From: Jiangellaceae bacterium
GTDB taxonomy: Bacteria > Actinomycetota > Actinomycetes > Jiangellales > Jiangellaceae
Length of the DNA: 64,000 nucleotides
NCBI GenBank assembly: GCA_036374835.1
Contig: DASUTB010000005.1
Location: forward strand, 32,708-96,707
Direction of reading: 5' to 3'
A model generated the notes under the pieces. It was not told the DNA's origin and did no database searches. It saw only the letters and a program-made list of their open reading frames with translations. Numbering within the stretch: position 1 is the first letter of the stretch; each line of letters opens with the position of its first letter. The position numbers and the translations under genes are program-made. Below are positions 10,478 through 22,761 of this stretch, piece by piece.

Positions 10478-10646
10478 TGCAACGCCTGCACGGACGAATA
10501 CTCAGCCGGTCCGCTTGTCAGGTCATAGCAGCCGCCCGGACGAATCACGACCACGGACATTAGTGGGTGCGTGAATCGACCTACTCCAGCAGGCTCAGCA
10601 GTCGGGCCGCAAGGACGGTGGCGCGGCCCGATCCGGGGCGGCGGCG

Positions 10647-11993
<1,347 letters not shown>

Positions 11994-12126
11994 ACCTGGA
12001 TCCCGGTCGCGGCGACGCGGACTTCATTGTGCTCGGCCAGTACCTCTACCGTAGCCAACGCTCATGACGCGTTGGTGACTGGTGCCAGGCGAGGTGCCAT
12101 TCCTTGTGCGGTCTTCGGGGGCGAGG

Positions 12127-13310
12127 TGAGATGCTGCGGTGTGGACAGGCAGACGGTGGGGGTGGGTCTCGGGGGCGCTGCGGTCGTCGGTGTCGCGTTC
12201 GGGATGGCTCGTTATGCCTATGGGTTGACTCTGCCGGACGTGCGTTCGGAGTTCGGGCTCTCGGAGTTGCTCCTGGGGCTGATCGCCAGCGGCACGTTCG
12301 CCGGCTACCTGATCGCGCTGGTCTCGGTGCCACGTCTGGCGGGGCGGCGAGGGCCGCGGGCACCCACCACGGTGGGTGGGGTGTGCGGGGTGGTGGGTGC
12401 GGCGACGGTCGCGGGTGCACCCTCGCCCTGGATCCTGGCGGCGGGGGCGATGCTCAGTGGTAGTGCCGCCGGCTGGGTGTGGGCGCCGTATTCGGACATT
12501 GTGACCAAGGTGGTGCCGCGTCGGCACCGGCCGACGTTGCTGGCGGTGATCACGACTGGGACCAGCTTGGGGTTGGTCGTGCTCGCGGTGCTGGCCCTGT
12601 TCGCGACGTTTACGTCGTGGCGACTGATATGGGTGGGTATCGCTGTTGCCGCCGCGGTTGCCGCGTTGGTGAACCTGCGTGCGGTGCCCCGGCTGGATGC
12701 TCGTGGCCGAGACACATACGCTTCGCGACGGTCGCTGTGGCGCCGGGCCATGGTCCCACCCCTCACCTACGCCGTGCTGTATTTCGCCGCGATCACCATC
12801 TACTTCACCTACGCCAGCGAGGCCGCCCGCAGCGGCGGGCTGGGTGCATCGGCGGCGCCACTGTTGTTCGCCCTGATCGGGATCGGTGGACTGGTCGCGT
12901 TGCGGACCGGCTGGATGACCCGCGCGGTCGGCACGACGGCGGTCGGGGTCGGCAGCGTCGGCGTGGTCAGCGGCGCGCTGGTCCTGCTCGGACACGCAGG
13001 TACGTCGCTGCCGGTGAGTCTGCTGTCCGCAGTCCTGTTCGGGATGGGCTACATGGTGGGCTCGTCACTTCTGGCCATCTGGACCGCGCAGGTAGCCCCG
13101 GACCGCCCCGGCGACGGGTTCACCATGGCGCTGGTGGTCGGTGCGATCACCTCGATCGCGGCACCGGCGGTGATGGGCGCACTCATCCCCGTCGCCGGAC
13201 TGTCGGCGATGCTCGTGCTCGTTGCCGCCGTCACTGCCGCCGGCGCGACCGGCCTTGCCATCCTGCTACGACTGCGCACGGCCCGTACGCGACGAGGAGA
13301 TCGAACGTGA
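12127..13310 (+). CDS. MFS transporter (YbfB/YjiJ-like)
   Basis: About 12 predicted transmembrane segments. The ORF-track 11388 start is an artefact of running through the antisense strand of gltA. GTG start chosen at 12127; 12142 is an alternative. Confidence 0.65.
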
Positions 13311-13356
13311 CCGCGCACGTGCGGCCGCAGTCTACGTCAGGGTCCACGCCGCTGAT

Positions 13357-14442
13357 CTATCCGGACGCACTGTCGGTCGTTGCGATGTAGCAGACGTTCA
13401 AAGGGTCGTCCTCGAGGTCGCGGATCTCGACGTTGGTGAAGCCGGCATCGTCCAGCATGCCGCGGGCTCGCTGCCGGCCCCACGCGGTACCGAGGCCTTG
13501 CCCGCCCAGTGAGAGCGAGACGGTCATGCAATGCATGGTCGAGACGGTGTAGATGAAGGGCGCCAACGGGTGATCGAGGTTCTCGTGCAGGTGACTGGAC
13601 GCGTCAATATCGATCACCAACAACGTGCCGCCGGGCCGCAGTGCACGCGCGATCGCGGCGAGCACGTCGGCTGGTTGCGCCTGGTCGTGGATGGCGTCGA
13701 ACGCGGTGATTAGGTCGAACGCGTCCGCGAGGTCCAACTCGGCGACATCACGCAGCTCGAACCGGGCGTTCGTCACCCCCAGCTCAGCAGCTTCCGCGCG
13801 TGCGGCCGCAATCGCATCCTCGGAGAAGTCGTAGCCGACGAACCGGCTGCGCGGGTACTCCTTGGCCATCAGATTGACGGCGTGCCCACGCCCGCAGCCG
13901 ATGTCGGCGACGTCGATTCCGGCGTCCAGCCGCGCCGGCAAGCCAGGTGCGAGCGGGAGGACGTGGTCGATGAGTGTGGCGTCGAATGTCACGCCGCTGG
14001 TCTCGGCCATCAGCGCGTGGAACCTCGGGAACGAGGAGTATGGGACACCGCCGCCGTTGCGAAACGCGTCGACGACCTGCTCCTCAACGGTGGCCAGCAG
14101 CGGAATCAGCTGCGTGATAACTGCCAGGTTGTCCGGCCCGGCATCTCGTGTGAGCCATGCGGCGTGCTCCGCGGGCAGGTCATAGCGCTGGTCACCGGGC
14201 TCGTACTCGACGATGCGCCCGGTGGTCATAGCGCCGAGCCACTCCCGGACGTACCGCTCGTTCAGACCGGCCTCCTCGGCGATCTCATTGCTCGTCGCCG
14301 GCCCGAGCCGGGCGATGGTGTCGAACAGACCGACCTGATGACCGATGCTGCATTGCAGCGCGAGACCGGCTTTGTTGAGCAGGTCGGCCATCTGCGCCGC
14401 GAACTCTTCGGTGCGGGTTTGATCCAGTGTTGCGGTGGACAT
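13357..14442 (-). CDS. Class I SAM-dependent methyltransferase with N-terminal winged-helix/dimerisation domain (O-MTase-like)
   Basis: SAM motif I ([10 protein letters not shown]). Start trimmed to [10 protein letters not shown] at 14442. Confidence 0.75.
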   Translation of the reverse strand: MSTATLDQTRTEEFAAQMADLLNKAGLALQCSIGHQVGLFDTIARLGPATSNEIAEEAGLNERYVREWLGAMTTGRIVEYEPGDQRYDLPAEHAAWLTRDAGPDNLAVITQLIPLLATVEEQVVDAFRNGGGVPYSSFPRFHALMAETSGVTFDATLIDHVLPLAPGLPARLDAGIDVADIGCGRGHAVNLMAKEYPRSRFVGYDFSEDAIAAARAEAAELGVTNARFELRDVAELDLADAFDLITAFDAIHDQAQPADVLAAIARALRPGGTLLVIDIDASSHLHENLDHPLAPFIYTVSTMHCMTVSLSLGGQGLGTAWGRQRARGMLDDAGFTNVEIRDLEDDPLNVCYIATTDSASG

Positions 14443-14539
14443 GGTGCACTCCCTACGCATCTCGGGTTCGGCTATTCCGAAACGTACGGAGCTTCGCGCG
14501 GCGCCACATCGGGTGAAGTTCCCAATCGAGCCACTGCGG

Positions 14540-16198
14540 CTATGGGACGTCTGCCCCATCGGCCGGGGCCTCGGCGAGGCCGTGTTCGAACGCGAACCTG
14601 GCGGCCGCGGTCCGGGAGGACACCCCGAGCTTGGTGAAGATGTTAGATAGGTGCCGCGACACCGTCTTGGGACTGATGAACAGTTCCTCGGCGATGTCGC
14701 GGTTCGTCCGCCCGGCCGCGATCAGTGCCAGCACGTCACACTCCCGCTCGCTCAACCCGCCGGGACGGGGCCGCCGGGCACGAAGGGCGGCGGCCCGAGC
14801 CAAGTCCGCGGACGCGCCGAGGCTCGCGAACGCCGTCGCGGCGGCGTCCAGCTCGAGCGCGGCCGATCCGTCGTCGTCGAGGGCCTGGTAGGCCTGCGCG
14901 AGATACACCCGGACGCGGGCCACGTCGTACGGCGCATCGAGATCGTGCCAGCGGCGGCACGCGTCGCGGAGCACTACAAGTGCACGTTCAGCGTCTCCCT
15001 CGGCGGCGAGCACCGTACCTTCGGCCGTCACCGATCGCGCGAGCAGGCCTGAGCTGCCGTACACCCGGGTTATCTCAGCTAGTTCCTCACAGGCCGCTCG
15101 AGCCTCGTCCGGACGCCCTGCGGCCAGCGAGATCTCAACTTGGGCGGCCAGCAACTCTACCCGGCGCAGCCGGTCGTCACCAGCTGCGATCACCGCCGAC
15201 CGGATCGCCGTGGCCGCCGCCTCGACATCGCCCTTCGCGGCACGCAACAAGGCGAAGCCCGGCTGCGGATCGCGACCCATCTCGTGCGCTGCGCGGTAGG
15301 CCTCGCCCGCGGAGGCCAGCTCACCACGACGTCGACGAACCTCACCGACCTGATACCAGGCCTCGGCCACATTGGTTACCGAGATGCCGTCCAAGTCGGC
15401 ACACACGCTCGAGGCTTCCCGTTCGGCACGTTCCCACTCGCCGTTCAGGCACAGAATCTGGGCGCGGTGGACGCGGCAGATACCGGCGAACAGCACTGCC
15501 GTGGACAACGTCTCCAGCCACTGCTCGGTGGTTCTTGTCCACCGCTGCATGCGCCGGTAGTCGCCTACGTCATGGCACGCGCCGATGGTGTTGCAATAGA
15601 TATTGCCGGCCCACGCCGGTGCGATGTCACCCGACATCACCGTCACCATGACCTCGTCGAGCAGCGCCAAACCCTCGGCGTAGCGGCCGGCCTTGATCAG
15701 GCTCCGCGCCTCACCGTTGCGACCGACGGCGACCAACGTCGCGTCACCGAGCCGGCGGCCGAGGTCCTGGATCCGGCGAGCCGTCTCGGCGGCATGTAGA
15801 GGTTCGACGTCGCCGCTCTCGACGTCCCGGATGTAGCTCAGATAGCCATGGATCGGCGCCTCCGACAATTCAGCGGCCAGGTCGATCGCACGCCGCAGCC
15901 ATCCGGAACCAACCTCGTCGTCGCCACGCAGGAAGTGTGTGTAGGCCACGTCCATCGCGACTCTTGCCGCCTCGTCGGGCCGCTGTTGTTCCAGGAGCGC
16001 CCGGTACGCCTGCTCACCGAAGCGGACGGCCTCGGCCGCCTCGCCGAGCCACCAGGCGGCGTCACTCAGTGCGGTGAGGTCGTCGGCGGCCAGCGCAGCG
16101 GTCTGCGCCGCGGCCAGGAATCCATCGCGAGCCGCGGGCCAGTCGCCCCGTTGGTATGCCGCACGCGCTGCGTTCAGCTGAACCTCGATGTTCGTCAT
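14540..16198 (-). CDS. LuxR-family transcriptional regulator with large TPR/helical N-terminal domain
   Basis: C-terminal LuxR HTH ([45 protein letters not shown]). Confidence 0.85.
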   Translation of the reverse strand: MTNIEVQLNAARAAYQRGDWPAARDGFLAAAQTAALAADDLTALSDAAWWLGEAAEAVRFGEQAYRALLEQQRPDEAARVAMDVAYTHFLRGDDEVGSGWLRRAIDLAAELSEAPIHGYLSYIRDVESGDVEPLHAAETARRIQDLGRRLGDATLVAVGRNGEARSLIKAGRYAEGLALLDEVMVTVMSGDIAPAWAGNIYCNTIGACHDVGDYRRMQRWTRTTEQWLETLSTAVLFAGICRVHRAQILCLNGEWERAEREASSVCADLDGISVTNVAEAWYQVGEVRRRRGELASAGEAYRAAHEMGRDPQPGFALLRAAKGDVEAAATAIRSAVIAAGDDRLRRVELLAAQVEISLAAGRPDEARAACEELAEITRVYGSSGLLARSVTAEGTVLAAEGDAERALVVLRDACRRWHDLDAPYDVARVRVYLAQAYQALDDDGSAALELDAAATAFASLGASADLARAAALRARRPRPGGLSERECDVLALIAAGRTNRDIAEELFISPKTVSRHLSNIFTKLGVSSRTAAARFAFEHGLAEAPADGADVP

Positions 16199-16319
16199 GT
16201 GGCGCTCTGTTCGGACACATCGAACCCGGCGGCGCCGGATGAAGCGAGGCGCGTCATGGGTGCACGCTACAACGCAGCCAGCCGTGCGGACAGTGGAGCT
16301 GACCTAACCGGCCGAGCGG

Positions 16320-17714
16320 CTACTTGCCGATGTCCGAGGACGCCGCATCACGGATGTTGGCCACCGCGTCCGCGCGGTCGATGTACCCGTCGGCGACGTT
16401 GCGGTCGCTGGCCTCGGCGACCGCCGAGACGTACGCCCCATGGTCGCGGTAAAGGCCGTCGAGCGTCGCCTCGTCGAACGGGGAATGCTCGCCGAACAGG
16501 AAGCAGAACGTCTCACCGAAGTTCGTCCCGTCATTGAGCGCGATCGGGGCCTCGACTTGGGCCAGACGGATGCCGCCTTGGGCGATCCCGAGCTCATCTC
16601 GGACGATCTGGCCCGCATCATCCAGTGTGATCGGTTCTGCGGTCGGCGGCGCCGCACCACCGCGTGCCCAGTCCGCGATGTGATCGTAGGCCGCGGCAAG
16701 CACATGGTGCACCGGGACCCGACTGAATGGGTTCTGCGCACATTGATACTCAGGCACCCCGGCGGGGTTGTCGCGCTCCTGCAGGGGACGGCGGTACTCC
16801 TGGCCGTTCCACCCCGAGTGCGCCGCGCCGGCGATCTCCCATCGCCGGTAGGTCTCGGTGTCTGGCCGGCGCGCCCCACCGAATCCGATCCAGATGTCGT
16901 TCTCGGAGAGTATGTGGAAGATCGGCTCGTCACGGCGGGTCTGCGGTGCTGGTCCGACGATGAAGGCGTAGCCGTCGAAAACGGCCTCGGACTGGGGCAG
17001 GACCCGGTCGTAGTAGTCGACCATCCGGCTCGCCGACTGCGACGCACCGATCGCGAGCACCGTCTCGACGTCCAACCCTCCCATCGGGTCGTCTCCGGCA
17101 CCGTCGGTGAGCGCTGCGGCAGCCTGGGCGAAGATGTCGTACGAGAGCTCGTCGTTCGTCCACACGCCGCCGTCGGTGACGTCCAGGTCTCCGTATCTCG
17201 CGGGGCTCCAGCCGGTCAGTTGGTTCACGCCCACGCGCTGGGCGGAGATGCCGACCCAGGCGTAGCCGTCGCGAAGCACGTCCTCATAGCCCCACAACGC
17301 GTCCAGGTCGTAGCCGGCGGTGACGTTCTGCCACTCGGCCAGGACCGTACCGTTGAACTGCGCATCCCGTGCCGGACGGCGCACGATGATGCGAGTCCGG
17401 TATGGAACGTCCTCGGCCAGCAACTCACCTGTGCCGGGATCGAAGGCGTTGGCCGAACCGCTGACGTAGAACTCCTCCTCGACGAATCCCGCGCTCTCCA
17501 GATCGACCCACGTCGAGAACCAGGGATACGTGCCCTCGACCTCCGCAGCTGCTCGGTCACCACCGGCGTCGGGCGGAGTGGTCGGGATCGGGCCCTCGAC
17601 AGACGCGGTCGCCACATTTAACTGATCAGCGGACGCGACCGGTGCAACGAACCCGCTCGTGACGAGGACGGCGACCGTCCCAACACTCCCGCCGAAAGTC
17701 CACGTCCGCTTCAT
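16320..17714 (-). CDS. Secreted alpha/beta-hydrolase-like protein
   Basis: Signal peptide after trimming the start to MKRTWTFGGSVGTVAVLVTSGFVAPVASA. Confidence 0.7.
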   Translation of the reverse strand: MKRTWTFGGSVGTVAVLVTSGFVAPVASADQLNVATASVEGPIPTTPPDAGGDRAAAEVEGTYPWFSTWVDLESAGFVEEEFYVSGSANAFDPGTGELLAEDVPYRTRIIVRRPARDAQFNGTVLAEWQNVTAGYDLDALWGYEDVLRDGYAWVGISAQRVGVNQLTGWSPARYGDLDVTDGGVWTNDELSYDIFAQAAAALTDGAGDDPMGGLDVETVLAIGASQSASRMVDYYDRVLPQSEAVFDGYAFIVGPAPQTRRDEPIFHILSENDIWIGFGGARRPDTETYRRWEIAGAAHSGWNGQEYRRPLQERDNPAGVPEYQCAQNPFSRVPVHHVLAAAYDHIADWARGGAAPPTAEPITLDDAGQIVRDELGIAQGGIRLAQVEAPIALNDGTNFGETFCFLFGEHSPFDEATLDGLYRDHGAYVSAVAEASDRNVADGYIDRADAVANIRDAASSDIGK

Positions 17715-17916
17715 CCGAGCCACCTCCACGTTGAGATTGATCACTCGTTCGAGCAAAAAACTAGCACTGCTAGCTAAAATGCGGAAGGCGTCTCCGGCCA
17801 GATTGGACAACTACACGCAGCTCAAGACGGTCGTTGTCCGCATCCGGGGGAGGTGAGCGGACAATGCCCGCAGCCGGACCCCCGTGGCGGATCCGAGACA
17901 CGCGAACCAGGTCTGG

Positions 17917-18240
17917 TCAGGTTTGGCCTGGCGCTGTGTATGGCACTGAGTGCTGAGCCGCCGCGTCGATGTCCTCCGGCGTCATGAGCACGACGGTGCG
18001 AGCGGATAGTGCTCCCGATCCACCGGCCGTCAGGCTCACTGCCGCAGCGGCCGAATGATCGGGCAGGTCGGCGATGAGGTAGAAGTCATCGGCGCCGAAC
18101 CCGAAGTAATAGGACTCGAGCGTCCCGCCGACCGACTGCACGACTTGTTCGACCACCTGGCGCCGCTTGGTTCCGCCGTCCTTCAGCAGACCTCGCGCTC
18201 CGTCTGCTGTGTAGCTGCCAATAAACAGGTACTTCGGCAT
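17917..18240 (-). CDS. GYD domain-containing protein
   Basis: 107 aa, MPKYLFIGSYTADGARGL... Confidence 0.8.
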   Translation of the reverse strand: MPKYLFIGSYTADGARGLLKDGGTKRRQVVEQVVQSVGGTLESYYFGFGADDFYLIADLPDHSAAAAVSLTAGGSGALSARTVVLMTPEDIDAAAQHSVPYTAPGQT

Positions 18241-18464
18241 GTCGTCCCCCTTTCAGCCGCTGGCTCGGCGTCTCGCCAGTGCTCCGATGGGATATGCCCA
18301 AACTACGCCTCAGGCCCGCCGTCGCCTAGCTGTTGAGGAATGCGGTGACAAGGCGCTCCGAGGGTCGCTCTCCTGCGGCGCCTTTTGATCCTTCCACCGC
18401 CCACGCGATGTGAGGGACAATTCGTACCGGAGCACTGCGGCGCGGCCTAGGCGAGGAAGGCGAC

Positions 18465-19076
18465 ATGCCAGAGACCTTGGTGTTGGACGAGTTCCTCCCC
18501 GCCTACGACCACGTCGTTTCCGTTTCGCAGGTCTTTCGGGCCGCGCCTGAAGAGGTATTCGAGGCGGCCGTGACCATGGATCTGTACCGGCTTCCCATGG
18601 CCCGGGTGCTCATCGCGGCCCGTGGCCTGCCGGCTCGAATCTCCGATGCCCGGGCACGGCGCCGCGGAGAGGCTGTGACCCCCGAGCCGACGACGTTCCG
18701 GATACGGGACCTGCCGGCGCACGGTTGGATCCTGCTGGGAGAGCGCCCCGGCGCCGAACTCGTCTTCGGCACCGTGACCAAGCCGTGGCGGGCTCTCGGT
18801 GGTGAGCCGAAGCAACCGGTCACCGCGGAGCACTTCGCCGGCTTCTCCGAGCCTGGCTTTGCCAAGCTGGCCGAGAGCACCAGTGTTAGCCCATATGGTG
18901 CCCACGCGTGCATCCTCACCCTTGAAACTCGGGTGGCGGCGACGGATGAGGACAGCCGTCGGCGGTTCCAGCGCTACTGGCGGGCGACCGGACCGTTCAT
19001 CAAGTTGATCCGCCCATCAGTGATGCGAGCGCTCGACCGGCGGTTTTCTCCGGTCTCACGACCAGGCGCCGAGTGA
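18465..19076 (+). CDS. Hypothetical protein
   Basis: Protein-like composition in the + frame; the overlapping - frame is low complexity. Confidence 0.5.
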   Translation: MPETLVLDEFLPAYDHVVSVSQVFRAAPEEVFEAAVTMDLYRLPMARVLIAARGLPARISDARARRRGEAVTPEPTTFRIRDLPAHGWILLGERPGAELVFGTVTKPWRALGGEPKQPVTAEHFAGFSEPGFAKLAESTSVSPYGAHACILTLETRVAATDEDSRRRFQRYWRATGPFIKLIRPSVMRALDRRFSPVSRPGAE

Positions 19077-19120
19077 AGTGACCTTCCCTCGGCGAATCCA
19101 CCAACCCGGCCAGAAGGGCA

Positions 19121-19873
19121 GTGTCAATGTCCAGCCCGCACTTGTACGACTCCATCGGAGCCACCTACACCGTGACCCGGTGTACCGAGCCGCGGATCGC
19201 CGAACAGATTTGGGCTGCGCTCGGCGATGCGCGGACGGTGCTCAATGTCGGGGCGGGCACCGGTTCTTACGAGCCCCCCGACCGGGACGTTCTGGCGGTG
19301 GAGCCGTCGGCGGTCATGCGGGCGCAGCGTCCCGCGGGCGCGGCGCCGTGCGTGGCTGCCGCCGCGGAGCGCCTCCCGTTCGAGGACCAGTCCTTTGACG
19401 CCGCGATGGCAGTTGCGTCCGTTCATCACTGGCAGGACCCGATCGCGGGGCTGCGTGAGATGCGGCGGGTGGCTGGCCGCGTGGTGGTGTTCACGCATGA
19501 CACCAGTGACGCCGGATGGCTGCTCCGGTTCTGGCTTACTCGCGACTACCTGCCCGAAGTCGCCGGCCTCGTTGCCGGCAGGCCCTCGCTGACCGAGCTG
19601 GCCCGCGCGATCGGAGCGAGGACGGAGCCGGTGCCTATTCCGTGGGACTGCGCTGACGGCTTCTTCGAGGCCTACTGGCGCCGGCCCGAGGCATACCTGG
19701 ACGAGAATGTCCGTCGGGGAGTCTCGGTGTGGGCCAGAGTCGGGTCGGAGGCCGAGCAGCGGGCGGTGCGGAGCCTCGGTGACGACCTCGCGTCCGGTCG
19801 GTGGGCCGAACGCAACAAAGACCTCGTCGATCTCGATGCAGCAGAACTCGGCCTTCGCCTACTGATCGCCTGA
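19121..19873 (+). CDS. Class I SAM-dependent methyltransferase
   Basis: Motif I VLNVGAGTGSY. GTG at 19121 or ATG at 19127 as start. Confidence 0.75.
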   Translation: MSMSSPHLYDSIGATYTVTRCTEPRIAEQIWAALGDARTVLNVGAGTGSYEPPDRDVLAVEPSAVMRAQRPAGAAPCVAAAAERLPFEDQSFDAAMAVASVHHWQDPIAGLREMRRVAGRVVVFTHDTSDAGWLLRFWLTRDYLPEVAGLVAGRPSLTELARAIGARTEPVPIPWDCADGFFEAYWRRPEAYLDENVRRGVSVWARVGSEAEQRAVRSLGDDLASGRWAERNKDLVDLDAAELGLRLLIA

Positions 19874-20100
19874 ACCGCCACTGCACAGGCAGGACTTTGC
19901 TACGGGCCGCCGCCGAGCGCTGGCAACTACTCGGTGACCGACCAGATCGACCCCGCGGACGGTGAGTGCGATGCGGTTCTTGACGTCCCGCACCTACGCC
20001 GTTAACGGACGCCGCAACAGCTCCACACGGTCTCCATACCGGTTCCATCCTGCTTACACCCCCGAACTCCACTCTGGAGGTGTATCGAGAGGAGGAGCCA

Positions 20101-20453
20101 TGAAGAGGATTCGCACGGCGGCGGTCGCGGTCGGAGCGGCCGGCGCATTGAGTCTCGGAGCGCTCGTCGCAGTCCCGGCGCTTGCCGACAGCGACGATGC
20201 GACGGGCGACCCGCCAGCCCCTTGTGGGCAGGTTATCGACGACGCTGACGAGGCCATGCCGAACCCGAACTGCACGGGAGCCCAGGACCGGGACCGCGAG
20301 CAGTTGCGTATTCGAATGCAGGATCACGACGGCGACGGTGCGCAGATGCGGCACCAGCACGGTCTGGCGAACGGCAATGAGCGTGCGCCGGGTTGGGGTC
20401 ACGGGCAAGGGCCGGGCCCTGGTACCGGTGAGTGCCCGTACGATGCCGACTAG
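20101..20453 (+). CDS. Small secreted Cys-containing hypothetical protein
   Basis: GAGGAGG ribosome-binding site before ATG 20101. Signal peptide MKRIRTAAVAVGAAGALSLGALVAVPALA. Confidence 0.5.
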
Positions 20454-21859
20454 GTAGAGCCGAGTCGTAACGCTGGGTCATGGTCGACGGGTTCCCGCAG
20501 GCGATGACCCAGCGGAATCGCGATGGTGAACGTTGTCCCGCGGTCGGGGCCGGAGTCGACCGAAACGGTTCCATGGTGAGCTTCGACAAGCTCGCGAACC
20601 ACGGCCAATCCGATGCCGGAGCCGGTGACCATGCCGCTGTTCGGGCCGCGCCACCGGCGCTCGAACACGTGTGGCAGATCCGCGGCCGCGATGCCCGGCC
20701 CGGTGTCGGCGACGTGCACCACGCCCTGTTCGCCGTCGCTGAAGACGCGTACCGTGACCTCGTCCCCCGAGCGACCGAACCGGGCCGCATTGGTCAGCAT
20801 GTTCACCATCACCTGGTGTATGCGGTCATGGTCGGCGCGGACCGGCACCGGGCCCGAGATCTCGCGGCGGACGGTGAGCCCAGCAGCTCGGAGGTGTGGT
20901 TCCTGGCTGTCGACTGCGCCGGCCACGACGGCGGCCAGATCGACGTCGGTCAGCTGCAGGGACGTCGACGCGGCTTCTGCCGACGCGAGTTGGGCGAGGT
21001 CGTCGACCACCCGCCCGAGGCGGAGTGCCTGGTCGTGCAGGCTGGCCAGCCGGGCCGGGTTCGGCTCACTGAGGCCGTCTCGTAGCTCCTCGAGCCCGGC
21101 CTGTAGCGCGGCGAGCGGGGTACGTAGCTCGTGCGCGACGTCCGCTGCTTGCCGCCGGCGAGTTTCCTCGGCGGCGGCCACCGCGTCCGCCATGCTGTCG
21201 AAGGCCGTCGCGACCTCCCCGAGCTCGCCAGGGGGGCGGACGACGACTCGCGCGGACCGGTCGCCGCCGGCGAACGCGTGGGCCGTACCGGCGAGGGCGG
21301 CCAGCGGAGTGGTCAGCCGGCGGCTGACCCACAAGCTCACACCCAAGGCGATCCCGAGCGCGACGACGGCCGCGCCGGCGACCCACCACCAGGCAACGGA
21401 GCGGCCGCTGCCGGTCGCAAGTGGTGCCATCGAAATCAGCTGGACGGTACCGACCAAGCGGCCGTCGACCACAACGTCGGCCTCATCGCCCGGCGGACCG
21501 GTCGCGTGCTCGGCCCCGTGCCCATGCCGGCCACCCGGCATCGTCGTCGATACGACCGTTCCCGTCACATCCAGTACGGCGACCTGGGCGCCCGCGGCCC
21601 GGGCTACGGCATGGACGGAATCCAGGTTCGCCCCGGCCCATCCGCCCGCCGCCGCGTACGCGTCGGCCGCTTCGTCCGCCGCTCGCTCGGCCGTCTGCCG
21701 GCGTTCCTCGTGCTGGATCGTCGCCACGCCGCGGTCGGTGCCGATCAGGGCGGCGGCGGTAAGGACGGCGACCGAGGAGAAGGCGACGACGACGAACGCG
21801 GCAAGCAGACGCCGGCCGAGCGGTCCGAGACCACGGCGTGCGGCTTCCATGGCGCTCAT
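20450..21859 (-). CDS. Sensor histidine kinase (HAMP-HisKA-HATPase_c)
   Basis: H-box (HELRTPLAAL) plus N/G1/G2 boxes. Start trimmed to MSAMEAARRG at 21859, overlapping the response-regulator stop (ATGA). Confidence 0.85.
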   Translation of the reverse strand: MSAMEAARRGLGPLGRRLLAAFVVVAFSSVAVLTAAALIGTDRGVATIQHEERRQTAERAADEAADAYAAAGGWAGANLDSVHAVARAAGAQVAVLDVTGTVVSTTMPGGRHGHGAEHATGPPGDEADVVVDGRLVGTVQLISMAPLATGSGRSVAWWWVAGAAVVALGIALGVSLWVSRRLTTPLAALAGTAHAFAGGDRSARVVVRPPGELGEVATAFDSMADAVAAAEETRRRQAADVAHELRTPLAALQAGLEELRDGLSEPNPARLASLHDQALRLGRVVDDLAQLASAEAASTSLQLTDVDLAAVVAGAVDSQEPHLRAAGLTVRREISGPVPVRADHDRIHQVMVNMLTNAARFGRSGDEVTVRVFSDGEQGVVHVADTGPGIAAADLPHVFERRWRGPNSGMVTGSGIGLAVVRELVEAHHGTVSVDSGPDRGTTFTIAIPLGHRLREPVDHDPALRLGST

Positions 21860-22560
21860 CTGTCTTTCGGCAGGGTCAACCGGTACCCGACGCCCAGGAC
21901 CGTCTCGATGATGTCGCTGCCGCCGCCGAGCTTGTGGCGGAGGTTCTTGACGTGAGAGTCGATCGTCCGCTCGTACCCCGCGAACTCGTAACCGCGCACC
22001 CGGTTGACCAGCTCGTACCGGGAATACACCCGCTGGGGTGCCGACGCCATGGTGGTCAGCAGGCCCCACTCGGTGGGTGTCAGGTCCAGACTCATCCCGT
22101 CGAGTTCGGCGGTGTGGCGCTGCTCGTCGATGAGAAGACGGCCGCCGCCGTAGGCGGAAACGCCGTTGGCTTGCGGCCGACCCGACGCCCTGCGGTTCAG
22201 CACGGCCTGGACGCGCAGTACCAACTCGGTCGGGGAGAACGGCTTAACCACATAGTCGTCGGCCCCTTGCCGCAGGCCATGGATGCGATCCTCGACGGTG
22301 CTGCGCGCGGTAAGGACCACCACGGGGACGCCGCCGGACTCGTGCGCCGCCGTCAGAACCTCCACGCCGTCGAGATCGGGTAGGCCGAGATCCAGCACGA
22401 CAAGGTCGATTCCTCCGCCGGTTAGCTGCTCAAGCGCGTGAACGCCGGACCCGGTCGTGTGCACGACGTAGCCGGCGCGCTCGAGATAGCGGCGTAGCAC
22501 GTCGCGGATCTCCCGGTCGTCCTCGACGACCATTACGGTGGTGCCCACATCTCCAGACAT
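21856..22560 (-). CDS. OmpR/PhoB-family response regulator
   Basis: Receiver domain (VMVVEDD...LVVLDLGLPDLDG) plus winged-helix domain. Confidence 0.9.
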   Translation of the reverse strand: MSGDVGTTVMVVEDDREIRDVLRRYLERAGYVVHTTGSGVHALEQLTGGGIDLVVLDLGLPDLDGVEVLTAAHESGGVPVVVLTARSTVEDRIHGLRQGADDYVVKPFSPTELVLRVQAVLNRRASGRPQANGVSAYGGGRLLIDEQRHTAELDGMSLDLTPTEWGLLTTMASAPQRVYSRYELVNRVRGYEFAGYERTIDSHVKNLRHKLGGGSDIIETVLGVGYRLTLPKDR

Positions 22561-22761
22561 ATGGCACCGAGCGCCTAGGTCCTAGGGGTCGAACGGCCCC
22601 GCTGCATGGTCCAACAGTCACCAGGTCGAGCGCAGCACAAATCCATTTAGCCGAATCCCGATTGAGGTCTAGTCAAGCGACTCGTTTGCTCGTATGTTAG
22701 CGCTATCATCTGATGATTACGTTGCTCCGGCGACGTGCCGAGGCGATCCCAAGGAGGGGCG

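Noticed and set aside
12024-12995. 323-aa - ORF inside the MFS transporter
   Set aside because: Arg/Gln/Pro-rich shadow of a clear 12-transmembrane-segment coding frame.
16304-17621. 265-aa - and 393-aa + ORFs overlapping the secreted hydrolase
   Set aside because: Alternative frames and antisense of a protein-like frame that carries a signal peptide. Compositionally implausible.
17730-17755. Possible eighth box copy (GATTGATCACTCGTTCGAGC) upstream of the secreted hydrolase
   Set aside because: Has a 2-nt insertion disrupting the CACGTT core. Too degenerate to count with the seven clear copies.
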